In this document: positions 53,703-62,812 of the stretch, piece by piece | Numbering within the stretch: position 1 is the first letter of the stretch | How the letters are laid out: each line of letters opens with the position of its first letter | Source: Candidatus Pacearchaeota archaeon | GTDB lineage: Archaea > Nanobdellota > Nanobdellia > Pacearchaeales > JAPDKA01 | Assembly: GCA_038840695.1 (NCBI GenBank) | Contig: JAWBVE010000001.1 | Span: 108,896 to 172,895, forward strand | Reading direction: 5' to 3' | DNA length: 64,000 nt | Position numbers and translations under genes: made by a program | Notes under the pieces: model-generated | Told to the model about the DNA's origin: nothing | Seen by the model: only the letters and a program-made list of their open reading frames with translations | The model's database searches: none

Positions 53703-54785
53703 ATGAGAATCGAAAATTTGAAAGGAATTGTTGATATAGATGGGAGCTATGGAAGTGGAGGGGGTCAAATCTTAAGAACAGCTTTGGCATTAAGCATACT
53801 AACAAAAAAGCCATTCAAGCTAAGGAACATTAGAGCGAAGCGCAAAAATCCTGGCCTAGCAGCTCAGCACCTAGCATGTGTAAAAGTGGCGCAGCAGCTT
53901 AGTGATGCTTATGTGCAAAATGCAATGCTTGGAAGCCAGGAAATTCTATTTGTGCCAAAAGGAGTTATTGTAAAAGACTTAAGTATAGATATAGGGACAG
54001 CAGGAAGCATCTCTTTAGTTTTACAAACATTAATGCCGTGCTTAATCGAGCAACAAAGCTTTAAAGCAGAGATAATAGGTGGCACAGATGTTAGTAATGC
54101 CCCGCCAATTGATTATATTAAATATGTACTTCTCCCCTTACTTAATAAAATAGGTTACGAAGCAGAAATAACCATTGAAAGGCGAGGTTTTTATCCAAAA
54201 GGCGGAGGCAAAGTAACTTTTGTTAAGAATCCAGGAAAACTAAAATTCTATGAGTTTATTGAAAGAGGAAAGTTAATTGAAATAAGAGGAAATGTAGTTG
54301 TAAGCTCAAGCTTGAGCCAGGCGAAAATTGCAGAAAAAATAAAAACTTTTACAATGCAGTGGTTAAAAGCTGAAGCCATTTTTAAGCCACTCCCGATCAA
54401 TATCTCTCTTGAGTATGTTGATAGCTACAGCCCAGGAGCTGTTTTAACATTATGGCTTATCACGCAACACTCAGTGCTCGGCGCGAGTGCAATTGGTGAA
54501 AGAGGTAAACCAAGCGAGGTAGTGGCAAAAGAAGCAAGTGTTGCTCTTAGCTCAGAGTTAAGTGGATCAGTAGATAGTCATGCAGCAGATCAGCTTTTAC
54601 CTTTTCTTGCTTATCTTTGTGATAAAACCAAAAAGCAAATTTCATTGAAAACTTCTTTCATTACAGATCACACAAGAACAAATGCATTTGTTATAGAAAA
54701 ATTTCTTCCTTTGAGTGTAAAAATCGACGAGAAAAAAGCACTCATAAGCCTTTCTCCACAAAAATACGAGAAAAACTTAATGTGA
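53703..54785 (+). CDS. rtcA: RNA 3'-terminal phosphate cyclase
   Basis: 360 aa. GSGGGQILRTALALS and SVDSHAADQLLPFLA (adenylated-His region). Confidence 0.9.
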   Translation: MRIENLKGIVDIDGSYGSGGGQILRTALALSILTKKPFKLRNIRAKRKNPGLAAQHLACVKVAQQLSDAYVQNAMLGSQEILFVPKGVIVKDLSIDIGTAGSISLVLQTLMPCLIEQQSFKAEIIGGTDVSNAPPIDYIKYVLLPLLNKIGYEAEITIERRGFYPKGGGKVTFVKNPGKLKFYEFIERGKLIEIRGNVVVSSSLSQAKIAEKIKTFTMQWLKAEAIFKPLPINISLEYVDSYSPGAVLTLWLITQHSVLGASAIGERGKPSEVVAKEASVALSSELSGSVDSHAADQLLPFLAYLCDKTKKQISLKTSFITDHTRTNAFVIEKFLPLSVKIDEKKALISLSPQKYEKNLM

Positions 54786-54790
54786 GAAGT

Positions 54791-54805
54791 AAAAAAATTT
54801 AAATG
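54791..54805 (+). promoter_or_regulatory. TATA-like element upstream of initiator tRNA
   Basis: AAAAAAATTTAAATG is centred about 25 nt upstream of the tRNA 5' end (54825). Confidence 0.35.
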
Positions 54806-54824
54806 CTAAAAATATTTTTATAGT

Positions 54825-54899
54825 AGCGAGGTGGAGCAGCCAGGAGTGCTCGTCGGGCCCATAACCCGAAGGTCGGTGGTTCAAATCCACCCCTCGCTA
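54825..54899 (+). tRNA. initiator tRNA-Met (anticodon CAT)
   Basis: 75 nt. A1:U72 pair (AGCGAGG/CCTCGCT). Three consecutive G:C pairs close the anticodon stem (TCGGG/CCCGA). Loop CCCATAA. T arm GGTGG-TTCAAAT-CCACC. These are archaeal initiator hallmarks. Confidence 0.85.
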
Positions 54900-54959
54900 C
54901 TTTTCTTCTTAATTTTGAAAAAAATTAAAAAGGCGAAAAATTAGTAAAAATTTGTATCA

Positions 54960-55760
54960 ATGTATCAAAAAATGAAAATTTATCTTGGATTTGATGATTC
55001 GGGAAGAGGGCCAGTGATAGGGCCAATGATAATTGGCGGAGTGGCCGTCAATGAAGAACAAAATTCTTTTTTGAAAAAGATCGGCGTAAAAGATAGCAAG
55101 TTACTCTCGCCGAATACAAGAGAGCGGTTAGCTAAGCAAATTAAAGAGCACTGTCTTGCATATACACTTGTTAAAACTTATCCTGAAGAAATAGATTCGA
55201 GAGAAAAAATGAAAATTAATTTAAATAAGCTGGAGGCAATAAAATTTGCTAAGGCCATAACTCAACTCTGGAGAAAGCTTTGTTTTCAAGCAAAGGGAAG
55301 CATAGAAGAAAGCCCAATGTTTGTTTTCATCGTTGATTGCCCATCTAACAATATCCCTAAGTGGAGAGCTTTGCTCGAGTCTTACCTTCCAGATGAGTTA
55401 AGGGATTTAATTAAGCAGAGAAAAATTGCATTGCTAGTAAAACATAAAGCAGAAAGGCATACTAGTGTAGCAGCTGCAAGTATACTAGCTAAGGAAGAGC
55501 GCGAGTATGAAATTACAAAGGTTAAAGCATTAATTGATTATGATTTTGGCTCTGGTTATCCTTCAGATCCTCGCACACGATATTTTCTTGAGAAAATTTA
55601 TCCTAGCCCAAAGTTAAAGGCACTGGATGAAAAACTAAAATTTGTTAGGAAAAGCTGGGCAACCTATAAAAAGCAGTCAAAGCAAAAACAAAGTAAAGAG
55701 CAAAATCAAGGCCTGGAACAATCAGAACAATCAAAGCAGAAAAAACTTACGGATTTTTAA
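54960..55760 (+). CDS. rnhB: ribonuclease HII
   Basis: 266 aa. GFDDSGRGPVIGPM, where the canonical motif is DEAGRG (Asp replaces the Glu). AASILAK. K/Q-rich C-terminal extension. The start may be the ATG at 54972. Confidence 0.85.
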   Translation: MYQKMKIYLGFDDSGRGPVIGPMIIGGVAVNEEQNSFLKKIGVKDSKLLSPNTRERLAKQIKEHCLAYTLVKTYPEEIDSREKMKINLNKLEAIKFAKAITQLWRKLCFQAKGSIEESPMFVFIVDCPSNNIPKWRALLESYLPDELRDLIKQRKIALLVKHKAERHTSVAAASILAKEEREYEITKVKALIDYDFGSGYPSDPRTRYFLEKIYPSPKLKALDEKLKFVRKSWATYKKQSKQKQSKEQNQGLEQSEQSKQKKLTDF

Positions 55761-55827
55761 GATTCTAAAATAAAAGATTCTAAAATAAAAAATTTAAAAA
55801 ATACAAAAATGCTTACCTGAATTAAAG

Positions 55828-58740
55828 ATGACTTACATAAAAAAGCTCGTTATAGAAGGTTTTAAAAGTTTTGGGAAAAGAACAGAAATTATTTTCGATA
55901 AGGGCCTGAATGTTATTGTTGGACCAAATGGAAGTGGAAAGAGTAATATAATTGATGCAATTTGCTTTGTACTAGGACGACTAGCAATGAAAAGTTTGCG
56001 TGTTGAAAGTGCAAAAAATTTAATTTTTAAAGGAAGTAAAGCTTTAGCCAGTGCAAACAATGCAATTATTTCTATGACAATTGACAATTCCCAAGGTTTA
56101 TTAAAAATAGAAAATGAGATCCCAAATGAAGTTACTATAACGAGAATTCTTAGAAGTGATGGCTCTAGTATTTATAAAATAAACAATAAGCCAAAAACAA
56201 GAAATGAAGTTCTTGAACTTCTTTCACAAGCAGGAATAAATCCATATGGCTTTAATTTGGTTTTGCAGAAAGAAATTTCTAGGTTTGTTGAAATGAAAAA
56301 TGAAGAAAGACGTAAATTAATAGAGGATATAGCTGGAATAAGTGTTTACGAAGAAAGAAAAGAAAAAGCATTAAGAGAACTTGAAAAGACAGAAGAAAAA
56401 ATTAAAGAAATTAAAGCTATACTTAATGAGAAAGAGCACTTTTTGAGAGAACTTGAGGCTGAAAGAAAACAAGCACTTTTTTATAATCAAATAAAAGAAC
56501 AAGTTGAAAATTTAAAATTTTCCATAATAGCAAAAAAGCATGCCGAAAAAAGTGCTGAAAAAGCCAAAATTGAGAGTGCTTTGCAAAAAGAGTTATCAAG
56601 AAAAGCGACAAATGAAGCTAAGCAGAAAAAAATCCAAGAGCTAAAGGAACAAATAAAAAATAAAATAAATTTAATAGATTCTCACATAGAAAATCTTTCT
56701 GGTGTTGAGCTAAAAGAATTACAGAATAGCATAGTTGAAGGAAAAGCACAGCTTGCGAAGCTCGAAATAAGGCGAAATTCTTTGCAAGCTCAGGTTTTAT
56801 CAGCTAATGAAAAAATAAAAAATCTAAATGAAGAAATTGAACTTGGCTTAAAAGAGCTAGAAGAGCTTAAAGAAAAACAGAAGCAATCGTTTAAAGACAA
56901 AAAGAAAGAGAAAATTTTTAGTGGTATTGATAGAAAAATAGATGAAGCGAAAAGGAGATATGATTATTTAAGCAAAAGATTAGGTGAAATAGAAAATGCT
57001 GCTAATCAGCTTTCTCTCGCCAAAGAGAGGCTCTCTTTTGCAAATAAAAATTATCTAGCTGTATGTGATGAAATTGCAAAAAAACAAGAGGCTTTGAATA
57101 ATCTTAGAGCAAAGATTGTGAGCATCGAGGAAAATATCGATGATAAAATTAAAGCGTTAAGCAAAAAGATCAGTGAAAATGATGCATTAATAAAGAAGAG
57201 TGAGGTTGAAATAGCTGCATTTGAAAAAGAAATTGAGCTTGCAACGACCGAGCTTAATGAGCTAGTTAACTTGCAAATATGCCCAAAATGTAAGCGCGTT
57301 CTTGATGATGAGCACAAAAAAAAGCTTGAGGCTGAGGCTAATGAAAAAATTAAAGACATAAGATCGAAGATAAAAGTCATTTTGCTTGAGATTGATAAAC
57401 TTAAGAATGAAAATTCTATATTGATTAAAGAAATTGAGAGATATAAAAAAGAGAAGGAAAAAGAGCTAGAAAATAGAATTATTAATGAGAAGATTAAAGA
57501 GCTAAGAAGTGCTATTGAAACCTTGATAGTTCAGAAAAAAGAGCTTTCTGCAAAGCTTGAAGAGCTAAATAGGCAAATTCCTGAGTTAGAAGCAAGTATA
57601 AATGCCCGCGAGCTCGTCGAGACTGAGCTCAATGAAGTGAAAGCAAGGCTTAATACTTATTTGCTTGAAAAAGAAAAAGTTAAAAAAGAAATGGATGTTG
57701 ATAAACAGCTTACTTTAGAGGTTGAGCTTAAAGAGCGAGAGTTAGAAAATGCAAGAGATGTTCTTGCAAGAACTGAGAAAGAGAAAGCAAAGGCTGAAGA
57801 AAATTTGAAAAGTATAGAGGCTGAAATTCAGGAAATTACTAAGTTGTTAGAAGAGAGACAAAGCAAGCATGATGAAATTTATAAAAAATTTTCTAGCCTT
57901 ATAGAGGAAAAAAATTCTTTACAGCAAAAAAATTCAGAGCTTGAGTCGCAGCTTTCATCTTTGCAAGGCGAGCTTTTTGTTATCATGAGCAAAATAAATG
58001 AACTTAATGTTAATAAGGCAAGAGTCGAGGCTGAACTCAAAGCTCTTGATGATGAAATCAATGCACTAGGCAAAAAAACTAAGGTAATTCGTTTGCCAAT
58101 TGAAAGGCTTGAGGAAAAGTTAAGGAGAGCGCAAGCGAGGCTTGAGCAAATAGGCAATGTTAATCTTTTAGCTCTTGAAACTTATGAAAAAATAAAGTCA
58201 GAATGGAATGAAGTTAACGCTAAGCTTGAAAAGATAATTAAAGAAAAAGAAGAAATATTAAAGCAAATCGAGAGAATAAATAAAGAAAAGAAGAAAGTTT
58301 TTATGGCAATATTTGATAAAATAAATGCTCAATTTAGTGAAAATTTTATGAAGCTGAATTGGAAAGGTGGAATAGCCAAGCTTGTGCTTGAAAATGAAAA
58401 AGATCCTTTCGCAGGCGGCGTAGACATTTTGTTGCAAGTTGGGAAAGGAAAATATTTTGATTCAACAAGCTTAAGTGGAGGTGAAAAGGCTTTAACAGCT
58501 TTAGCCTTTATTTTTGCTATTCAACAACTTAGCCCTTATCCTTTTTATGTCTTTGATGAAATAGATTCTGATCTTGATAAACATAATAGTGAGCGAGTAG
58601 CAAATTTGCTTAAGGCACATATAGGAAAACATCAATGTATAATTATAAGTCATAATGATGCGACAATAAGCAAGGCAGATCTAATTTACGGTGTCTCAAT
58701 GCAGGATGGAGTAAGCAAAGTTATAAGTTTAAAGTTGTAA
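55828..58740 (+). CDS. smc: SMC-family ATPase with a central CPxC hook instead of a hinge
   Basis: 970 aa. SMC-type heads (GFKSFGK...GPNGSGKSN; LSGGEKALTALAFIFAIQ; FYVFDEIDSDLD; GVSMQDGVSKV). Continuous coiled coil between them, with CPKC at codons 485-488. Confidence 0.8.
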   Translation: MTYIKKLVIEGFKSFGKRTEIIFDKGLNVIVGPNGSGKSNIIDAICFVLGRLAMKSLRVESAKNLIFKGSKALASANNAIISMTIDNSQGLLKIENEIPNEVTITRILRSDGSSIYKINNKPKTRNEVLELLSQAGINPYGFNLVLQKEISRFVEMKNEERRKLIEDIAGISVYEERKEKALRELEKTEEKIKEIKAILNEKEHFLRELEAERKQALFYNQIKEQVENLKFSIIAKKHAEKSAEKAKIESALQKELSRKATNEAKQKKIQELKEQIKNKINLIDSHIENLSGVELKELQNSIVEGKAQLAKLEIRRNSLQAQVLSANEKIKNLNEEIELGLKELEELKEKQKQSFKDKKKEKIFSGIDRKIDEAKRRYDYLSKRLGEIENAANQLSLAKERLSFANKNYLAVCDEIAKKQEALNNLRAKIVSIEENIDDKIKALSKKISENDALIKKSEVEIAAFEKEIELATTELNELVNLQICPKCKRVLDDEHKKKLEAEANEKIKDIRSKIKVILLEIDKLKNENSILIKEIERYKKEKEKELENRIINEKIKELRSAIETLIVQKKELSAKLEELNRQIPELEASINARELVETELNEVKARLNTYLLEKEKVKKEMDVDKQLTLEVELKERELENARDVLARTEKEKAKAEENLKSIEAEIQEITKLLEERQSKHDEIYKKFSSLIEEKNSLQQKNSELESQLSSLQGELFVIMSKINELNVNKARVEAELKALDDEINALGKKTKVIRLPIERLEEKLRRAQARLEQIGNVNLLALETYEKIKSEWNEVNAKLEKIIKEKEEILKQIERINKEKKKVFMAIFDKINAQFSENFMKLNWKGGIAKLVLENEKDPFAGGVDILLQVGKGKYFDSTSLSGGEKALTALAFIFAIQQLSPYPFYVFDEIDSDLDKHNSERVANLLKAHIGKHQCIIISHNDATISKADLIYGVSMQDGVSKVISLKL

Positions 58741-58801
58741 GACAGACTTTTGCTGCCTAGCTTGTGTGCTGAATGCTCGCTCTGTATCGCGCGAATACGA
58801 A

Positions 58802-60130
58802 CTAATAAAGAAAGCATTCCGGAAGCTCTCTCTCGTTAAATTCTCCTGCTAGATTTTGCAGCATTAGTGCTCTTGCTTCATCAAGCTTTTTAGTTTTTCC
58901 AAGCACATAGCCTAGCTTAACATAAGCTGTTTCAGCCAGCATGTCATGCAAATAAACTATTCCTGCTTGCTCAAGTTTTCTTGCAGTGCTATAAACGTAA
59001 GGATTTACAGAGCCATATATAGTCTGTGTTGTCATACAGATGAGGATTTTTTTACTCAATTTTTTTATTTTTTCCAGCCAACTCAATTTTCCTTCACTGC
59101 ACACGTGCCCCATTCCTGTTCCTTCTATTACAATCCCTCTATAACCTTGCTTTGCATAAAAATCCAGAATGCTTGGATCACAGTTTGGATAAAACTTAAT
59201 TAAAGCTACTTTTTTTTCAAAAGCAATATCTGCTTTTGCCCTTTCTTTCTTGTTTGGATCTTTTTTATTGTATTCACTAATAATCTCTATCTTGCCATCT
59301 TTGCTTACTCTTGCTAGAGGCAAAGCGTTTATTGGCCTAAAGGTATCTCTTCTCGTTGAGTGCATTTTTCTAGCCTTTGTGCCTCTAATTACCAAGCAAG
59401 TTTCATCATTGCTGCTCTCATGCCCAACAAGTACTACTTCTGCAATATCACTAAGTGCAACATGTGCTGATGCAATTAAGTTTAATATAGCATCGGTTGA
59501 TGGTCTATCAGAACTTCGCTGAGCATAAGTCAGCACGACGGGCTTATTAATATTTTTTAACATAAAACTTAAGGCTGAGGCACTATAATGCAAGGTGTCT
59601 GTGCCATGTGTTATTATTATTCCTTCTATGCTCTCATCATTCAGCCATTTCTCACATTTTTTTGCTAAAATTTGCCAATGCTTATAATTCAAATTTTCAC
59701 TAAGTGCAGAAAATGCAAAATCAATCTTTATATTTGCTATCTTTGCTATTTCTGGGACAAGAAAAAAAAGATTTTCAGGCTTCATTAGTGCACTTACTGC
59801 TCCTGTAGTATAATCAACCCTACTGCTTATCGTGCCTCCTGCAAGTATTACTGCTATGTTTTTCCTTGCCCTTGCCTCAATCTTAGCTTCAGGAAATCTT
59901 TCAAGCTCTCTTGTGCCTATTTTTTCTATGCCCTTAATATTAGACTTTTCTAAACCAATATTATATCCACTTTTCAACTTTAAGATTAAAAAGCCAGAAA
60001 GCGCTTCTGGCATAACTGTTCCCTCAACAATCTGGCCATCGTTTTTTGTTATTTTTACAACATCACCAGGCTTAAGTTTGAGCTTCATCTCAAGCTTATG
60101 CTCTGCTTTTGTTATTTTTTCTTTTTGCAT
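58802..60130 (-). CDS. gatD: Glu-tRNA(Gln) amidotransferase subunit D
   Basis: 442 aa. N-terminal GatD-specific domain (KPGDVVKI...GTVMP) plus an asparaginase-like domain (ILAGGTISS, THGTDT). Confidence 0.9.
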   Translation of the reverse strand: MQKEKITKAEHKLEMKLKLKPGDVVKITKNDGQIVEGTVMPEALSGFLILKLKSGYNIGLEKSNIKGIEKIGTRELERFPEAKIEARARKNIAVILAGGTISSRVDYTTGAVSALMKPENLFFLVPEIAKIANIKIDFAFSALSENLNYKHWQILAKKCEKWLNDESIEGIIITHGTDTLHYSASALSFMLKNINKPVVLTYAQRSSDRPSTDAILNLIASAHVALSDIAEVVLVGHESSNDETCLVIRGTKARKMHSTRRDTFRPINALPLARVSKDGKIEIISEYNKKDPNKKERAKADIAFEKKVALIKFYPNCDPSILDFYAKQGYRGIVIEGTGMGHVCSEGKLSWLEKIKKLSKKILICMTTQTIYGSVNPYVYSTARKLEQAGIVYLHDMLAETAYVKLGYVLGKTKKLDEARALMLQNLAGEFNERELPECFLY

Positions 60131-60204
60131 AAAAAAATAAAAAAACTTAATTAATAAATTTTATTGTGACCTCACAGATTTAAAAATGCATTTCATAATT
60201 ATTA

Positions 60205-61086
60205 ATGGCTAATCTAATTAAGAGCCTGATTAATGGGCTGATAATAATTTTAATTATCATAATTTTTTTCTTCGCAGCTAATTATTTTAAAGAGAAAGAA
60301 GCCATTAATGCAAGGACGGTTGCTGAAATTGATCAAGAAGGCCAAGGAAGTGGTGGTGAGCAAATGACGGAGACATTTGAAAAGCATGTCGAGGGGCCAA
60401 AGATTGTGACAAAGATTATTGATGGTGATACTGTGATTGTAGAGGGCAATGATGTTAGGCTTCTTGGCATTGATGCTGATGAGCGTGGCTATCCATGCTA
60501 TAAAGCAGCTAAACAAGCACTCGAGCAACTTGTACTTAATAAAGCTGTTTATCTCGAGTATTTTAATGAAAATACTGATAAACATGGAAGATTCTTGAGA
60601 TATTTAATTTTAGACGGAGAAAACATAAATTTGAAGTTAGTTGCTGAAGGCCTTGTTGTTGCACGTGTTAGTGATGATCCTTACAAAGAGCAATTCATTC
60701 AAGCTGAAAAACAAGCAAGAGAGAGCAGGCTTGGATGTAAATGGAGCAATCTTAGCAGCATGAGCAATCATAGTTTAGATTGGAATTTGAGCGAGGGCTC
60801 GATATATGCTTGTGATGCTAGAAATTATATTGGCCAAGAGAAAGTTGTTGAAGGAAAAATTGTTGAAATATATAAGAGCAAAGCCAACACTGTATTTTTA
60901 AATTTTGAACAGCCTTATCCAACAAGCTGTTTTATAGCAGTTATTTTTTCCTCAAGCCTAAATAATTTTCCAAATATAGAAGATTATAAAGACAAAATAG
61001 TTAAGGTTAGTGGCTTAATTAAGGAATACAATGGCAGGCCAGAGATAATTCTTGAAAGTCAGGCTCAGATAGAAATAGTTCATTAG
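60205..61086 (+). CDS. membrane-anchored staphylococcal-nuclease (SNase)-like nuclease with a C-terminal OB-like domain
   Basis: 293 aa. N-terminal TM. IDGDTVIVEGNDVRLLGIDADE and GRFLRYL are thermonuclease motifs. The C-terminus VVEGKIVEIYKS...VSGLIKEYNGRPEIIL is OB-like. Confidence 0.75.
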   Translation: MANLIKSLINGLIIILIIIIFFFAANYFKEKEAINARTVAEIDQEGQGSGGEQMTETFEKHVEGPKIVTKIIDGDTVIVEGNDVRLLGIDADERGYPCYKAAKQALEQLVLNKAVYLEYFNENTDKHGRFLRYLILDGENINLKLVAEGLVVARVSDDPYKEQFIQAEKQARESRLGCKWSNLSSMSNHSLDWNLSEGSIYACDARNYIGQEKVVEGKIVEIYKSKANTVFLNFEQPYPTSCFIAVIFSSSLNNFPNIEDYKDKIVKVSGLIKEYNGRPEIILESQAQIEIVH

Positions 61087-61132
61087 TTTGCAAATTGAGT
61101 AAGATTTATGAACACTGACACATTTTGTTTTT

Positions 61133-62350
61133 ATGAAATTCGAAATCTTAGCAAGAAACAAGGCTGCAAGGCTTGGCAAGATAAAAGTTGCCCATGGCAG
61201 CTTTAAAACACCAATACTTTTTCCAATAGCAACAGCAGGAGTAGTTAAAGCACTAACAACAAAACAACTTAACGACATAGGCATAGAAGCAATACTTGCT
61301 AATACTTTACATTTATATTTAAAAAGCAATGTAGATTTTATAGCAAGGCATGGCGGTCTGCATAAGTTTATGGCTTGGGATAAGCCTATTGTGACTGATT
61401 CTGGCGGTTTTCAAGTTTTTAGTCTTGGTTTTTTCATCGAGCATGGGATAGGAAAAATAGGCTATTTCCCTGGAGAAAAATTTAAATGCAAGAAAGAACT
61501 AGGAAAGGTGAAGTCAGAATTGGGGGCATGCACAAAAGAAAAATTGGCTGATGTTGATGATGATGGCGTTACATTTAAGTCATTTATCGACGGAAGTTTG
61601 CATAGATTAACGCCAGAAAAAAGCATAGAAATTCAGGAAAAGCTTGGCTCTGACATAATGTTTGCATTTGATGAGTGCACATCAATTTTTAATGACTATA
61701 GCTATACAAAAGCTTCTCTTGCGAGAACACATGCTTGGGCCCTACGCTCGTTAGAAGCAAAGAAAAGTAAAAATGCTCTTTTTGGCATAGTGCAGGGAGG
61801 AATTTTCAAAGATTTAAGGAAGCAATCTGCAAAATTTATATCAAGCCAGGATTTTGATGGCATAGGAATTGGTGGTTTTCTCGGAAGAAATAAGCAAGAG
61901 ATGCAAGCCTTAACAAAATATACTTTGAAATTTATTGATAGGACAAAACCAATTCATTTTTTAGGAATTGGCACTGTGGAGGATTTATTTTTTGGGGTAG
62001 AGCAAGGTATTGATATGTTTGATTGTGTAACGCCGACGAGGTTGGCAAGGGTTGGCTATTTTTTTCTAAAACCTGAAGATGGGGGCAAGCTAAAAAATAA
62101 GTTTAGAGCAAGTATTAAGAATGCAGCTTTTAAAAATGATCAAAAGCCTCTAAGCAAGCATTGTCAATGCTGGGTTTGCAAAAATTTCTCTCGAGCTTAT
62201 TTAAGATATCTTTTTGCTGCAAGAGAGCTAACAGCTTATACGCTATTAAGCTATCATAATCTCTACTATTTCAAAAGCTTAATTGACGAAATTAGAGGTG
62301 CAATTCTCGAAGGAAAATTTTTGGCATTAAAGAAAAGGTGGCTTAAATAG
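61133..62350 (+). CDS. tgt: tRNA-guanine transglycosylase, bacterial (queuine/preQ1) type
   Basis: 405 aa. MKFEILARNKAARLGKI, TDSGGFQV, GIDMFDCVTPTRLAR and the Zn site CQCWVCKNFSRAYLRYL...YHNL. No PUA or C-terminal ArcTGT domains. Confidence 0.85.
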   Translation: MKFEILARNKAARLGKIKVAHGSFKTPILFPIATAGVVKALTTKQLNDIGIEAILANTLHLYLKSNVDFIARHGGLHKFMAWDKPIVTDSGGFQVFSLGFFIEHGIGKIGYFPGEKFKCKKELGKVKSELGACTKEKLADVDDDGVTFKSFIDGSLHRLTPEKSIEIQEKLGSDIMFAFDECTSIFNDYSYTKASLARTHAWALRSLEAKKSKNALFGIVQGGIFKDLRKQSAKFISSQDFDGIGIGGFLGRNKQEMQALTKYTLKFIDRTKPIHFLGIGTVEDLFFGVEQGIDMFDCVTPTRLARVGYFFLKPEDGGKLKNKFRASIKNAAFKNDQKPLSKHCQCWVCKNFSRAYLRYLFAARELTAYTLLSYHNLYYFKSLIDEIRGAILEGKFLALKKRWLK

Positions 62351-62400
62351 CATATAGGCAAACAGGCAAATAGAATTTGTATTGGCTAAAACAAAATTAC

Positions 62401-62415
62401 AAAGTTTTTAAATAA
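62401..62415 (+). promoter_or_regulatory. BRE/TATA-like promoter (AAAGTTTTTAAATAA) for tRNA-Val
   Basis: Centred about 26 nt upstream of the tRNA 5' end (62435). Confidence 0.45.
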
Positions 62416-62434
62416 AAAATTATCTTTTATTTAA

Positions 62435-62507
62435 GGCCCCGTGGTCTAGTGGTTATGACGTTCGCTTGACGTGCGAAAGGTCCCAGGTTCGAATCCTGGC
62501 GGGGCCA
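62435..62507 (+). tRNA. tRNA-Val (anticodon GAC)
   Basis: 73 nt. Same acceptor, D and T arms as the Val-CAC gene. Anticodon stem TTCGC/GCGAA with loop TTGACGT. Confidence 0.9.
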
Positions 62508-62614
62508 CTTAAAAGCTTAAAAAAATTTAAAGAGGCTGAAATAAAAAATTGAAAAATATAAAAAAGCAAAGGTAAAAATAAAAAGGCAAATAAAAGCAAA
62601 GACAAAGACAAAAA

Positions 62615-62812
62615 ATGAAAAAGTGCGTTTATTGTGATGCGCAAATAAATGATGAGCGTGCGATTGATGTGTGTGATGAGTGCGGCAATAAAGTTTGGGG
62701 AGAAGTAATGTTTAGAACAATTGTTAATAACATGGAAAAAGCCAAGAAAAGGGGCGACTTGTGGCAAGGGTTAATTTCTGTTAATGAGGAAAAGGAAAAA
62801 AAGGAGAGGTGA
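62615..62812 (+). CDS. small zinc-ribbon protein
   Basis: 65 aa. CVYCDA...CDECG. The K/E-rich tail runs into the downstream purine tract. Confidence 0.5.
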   Translation: MKKCVYCDAQINDERAIDVCDECGNKVWGEVMFRTIVNNMEKAKKRGDLWQGLISVNEEKEKKER

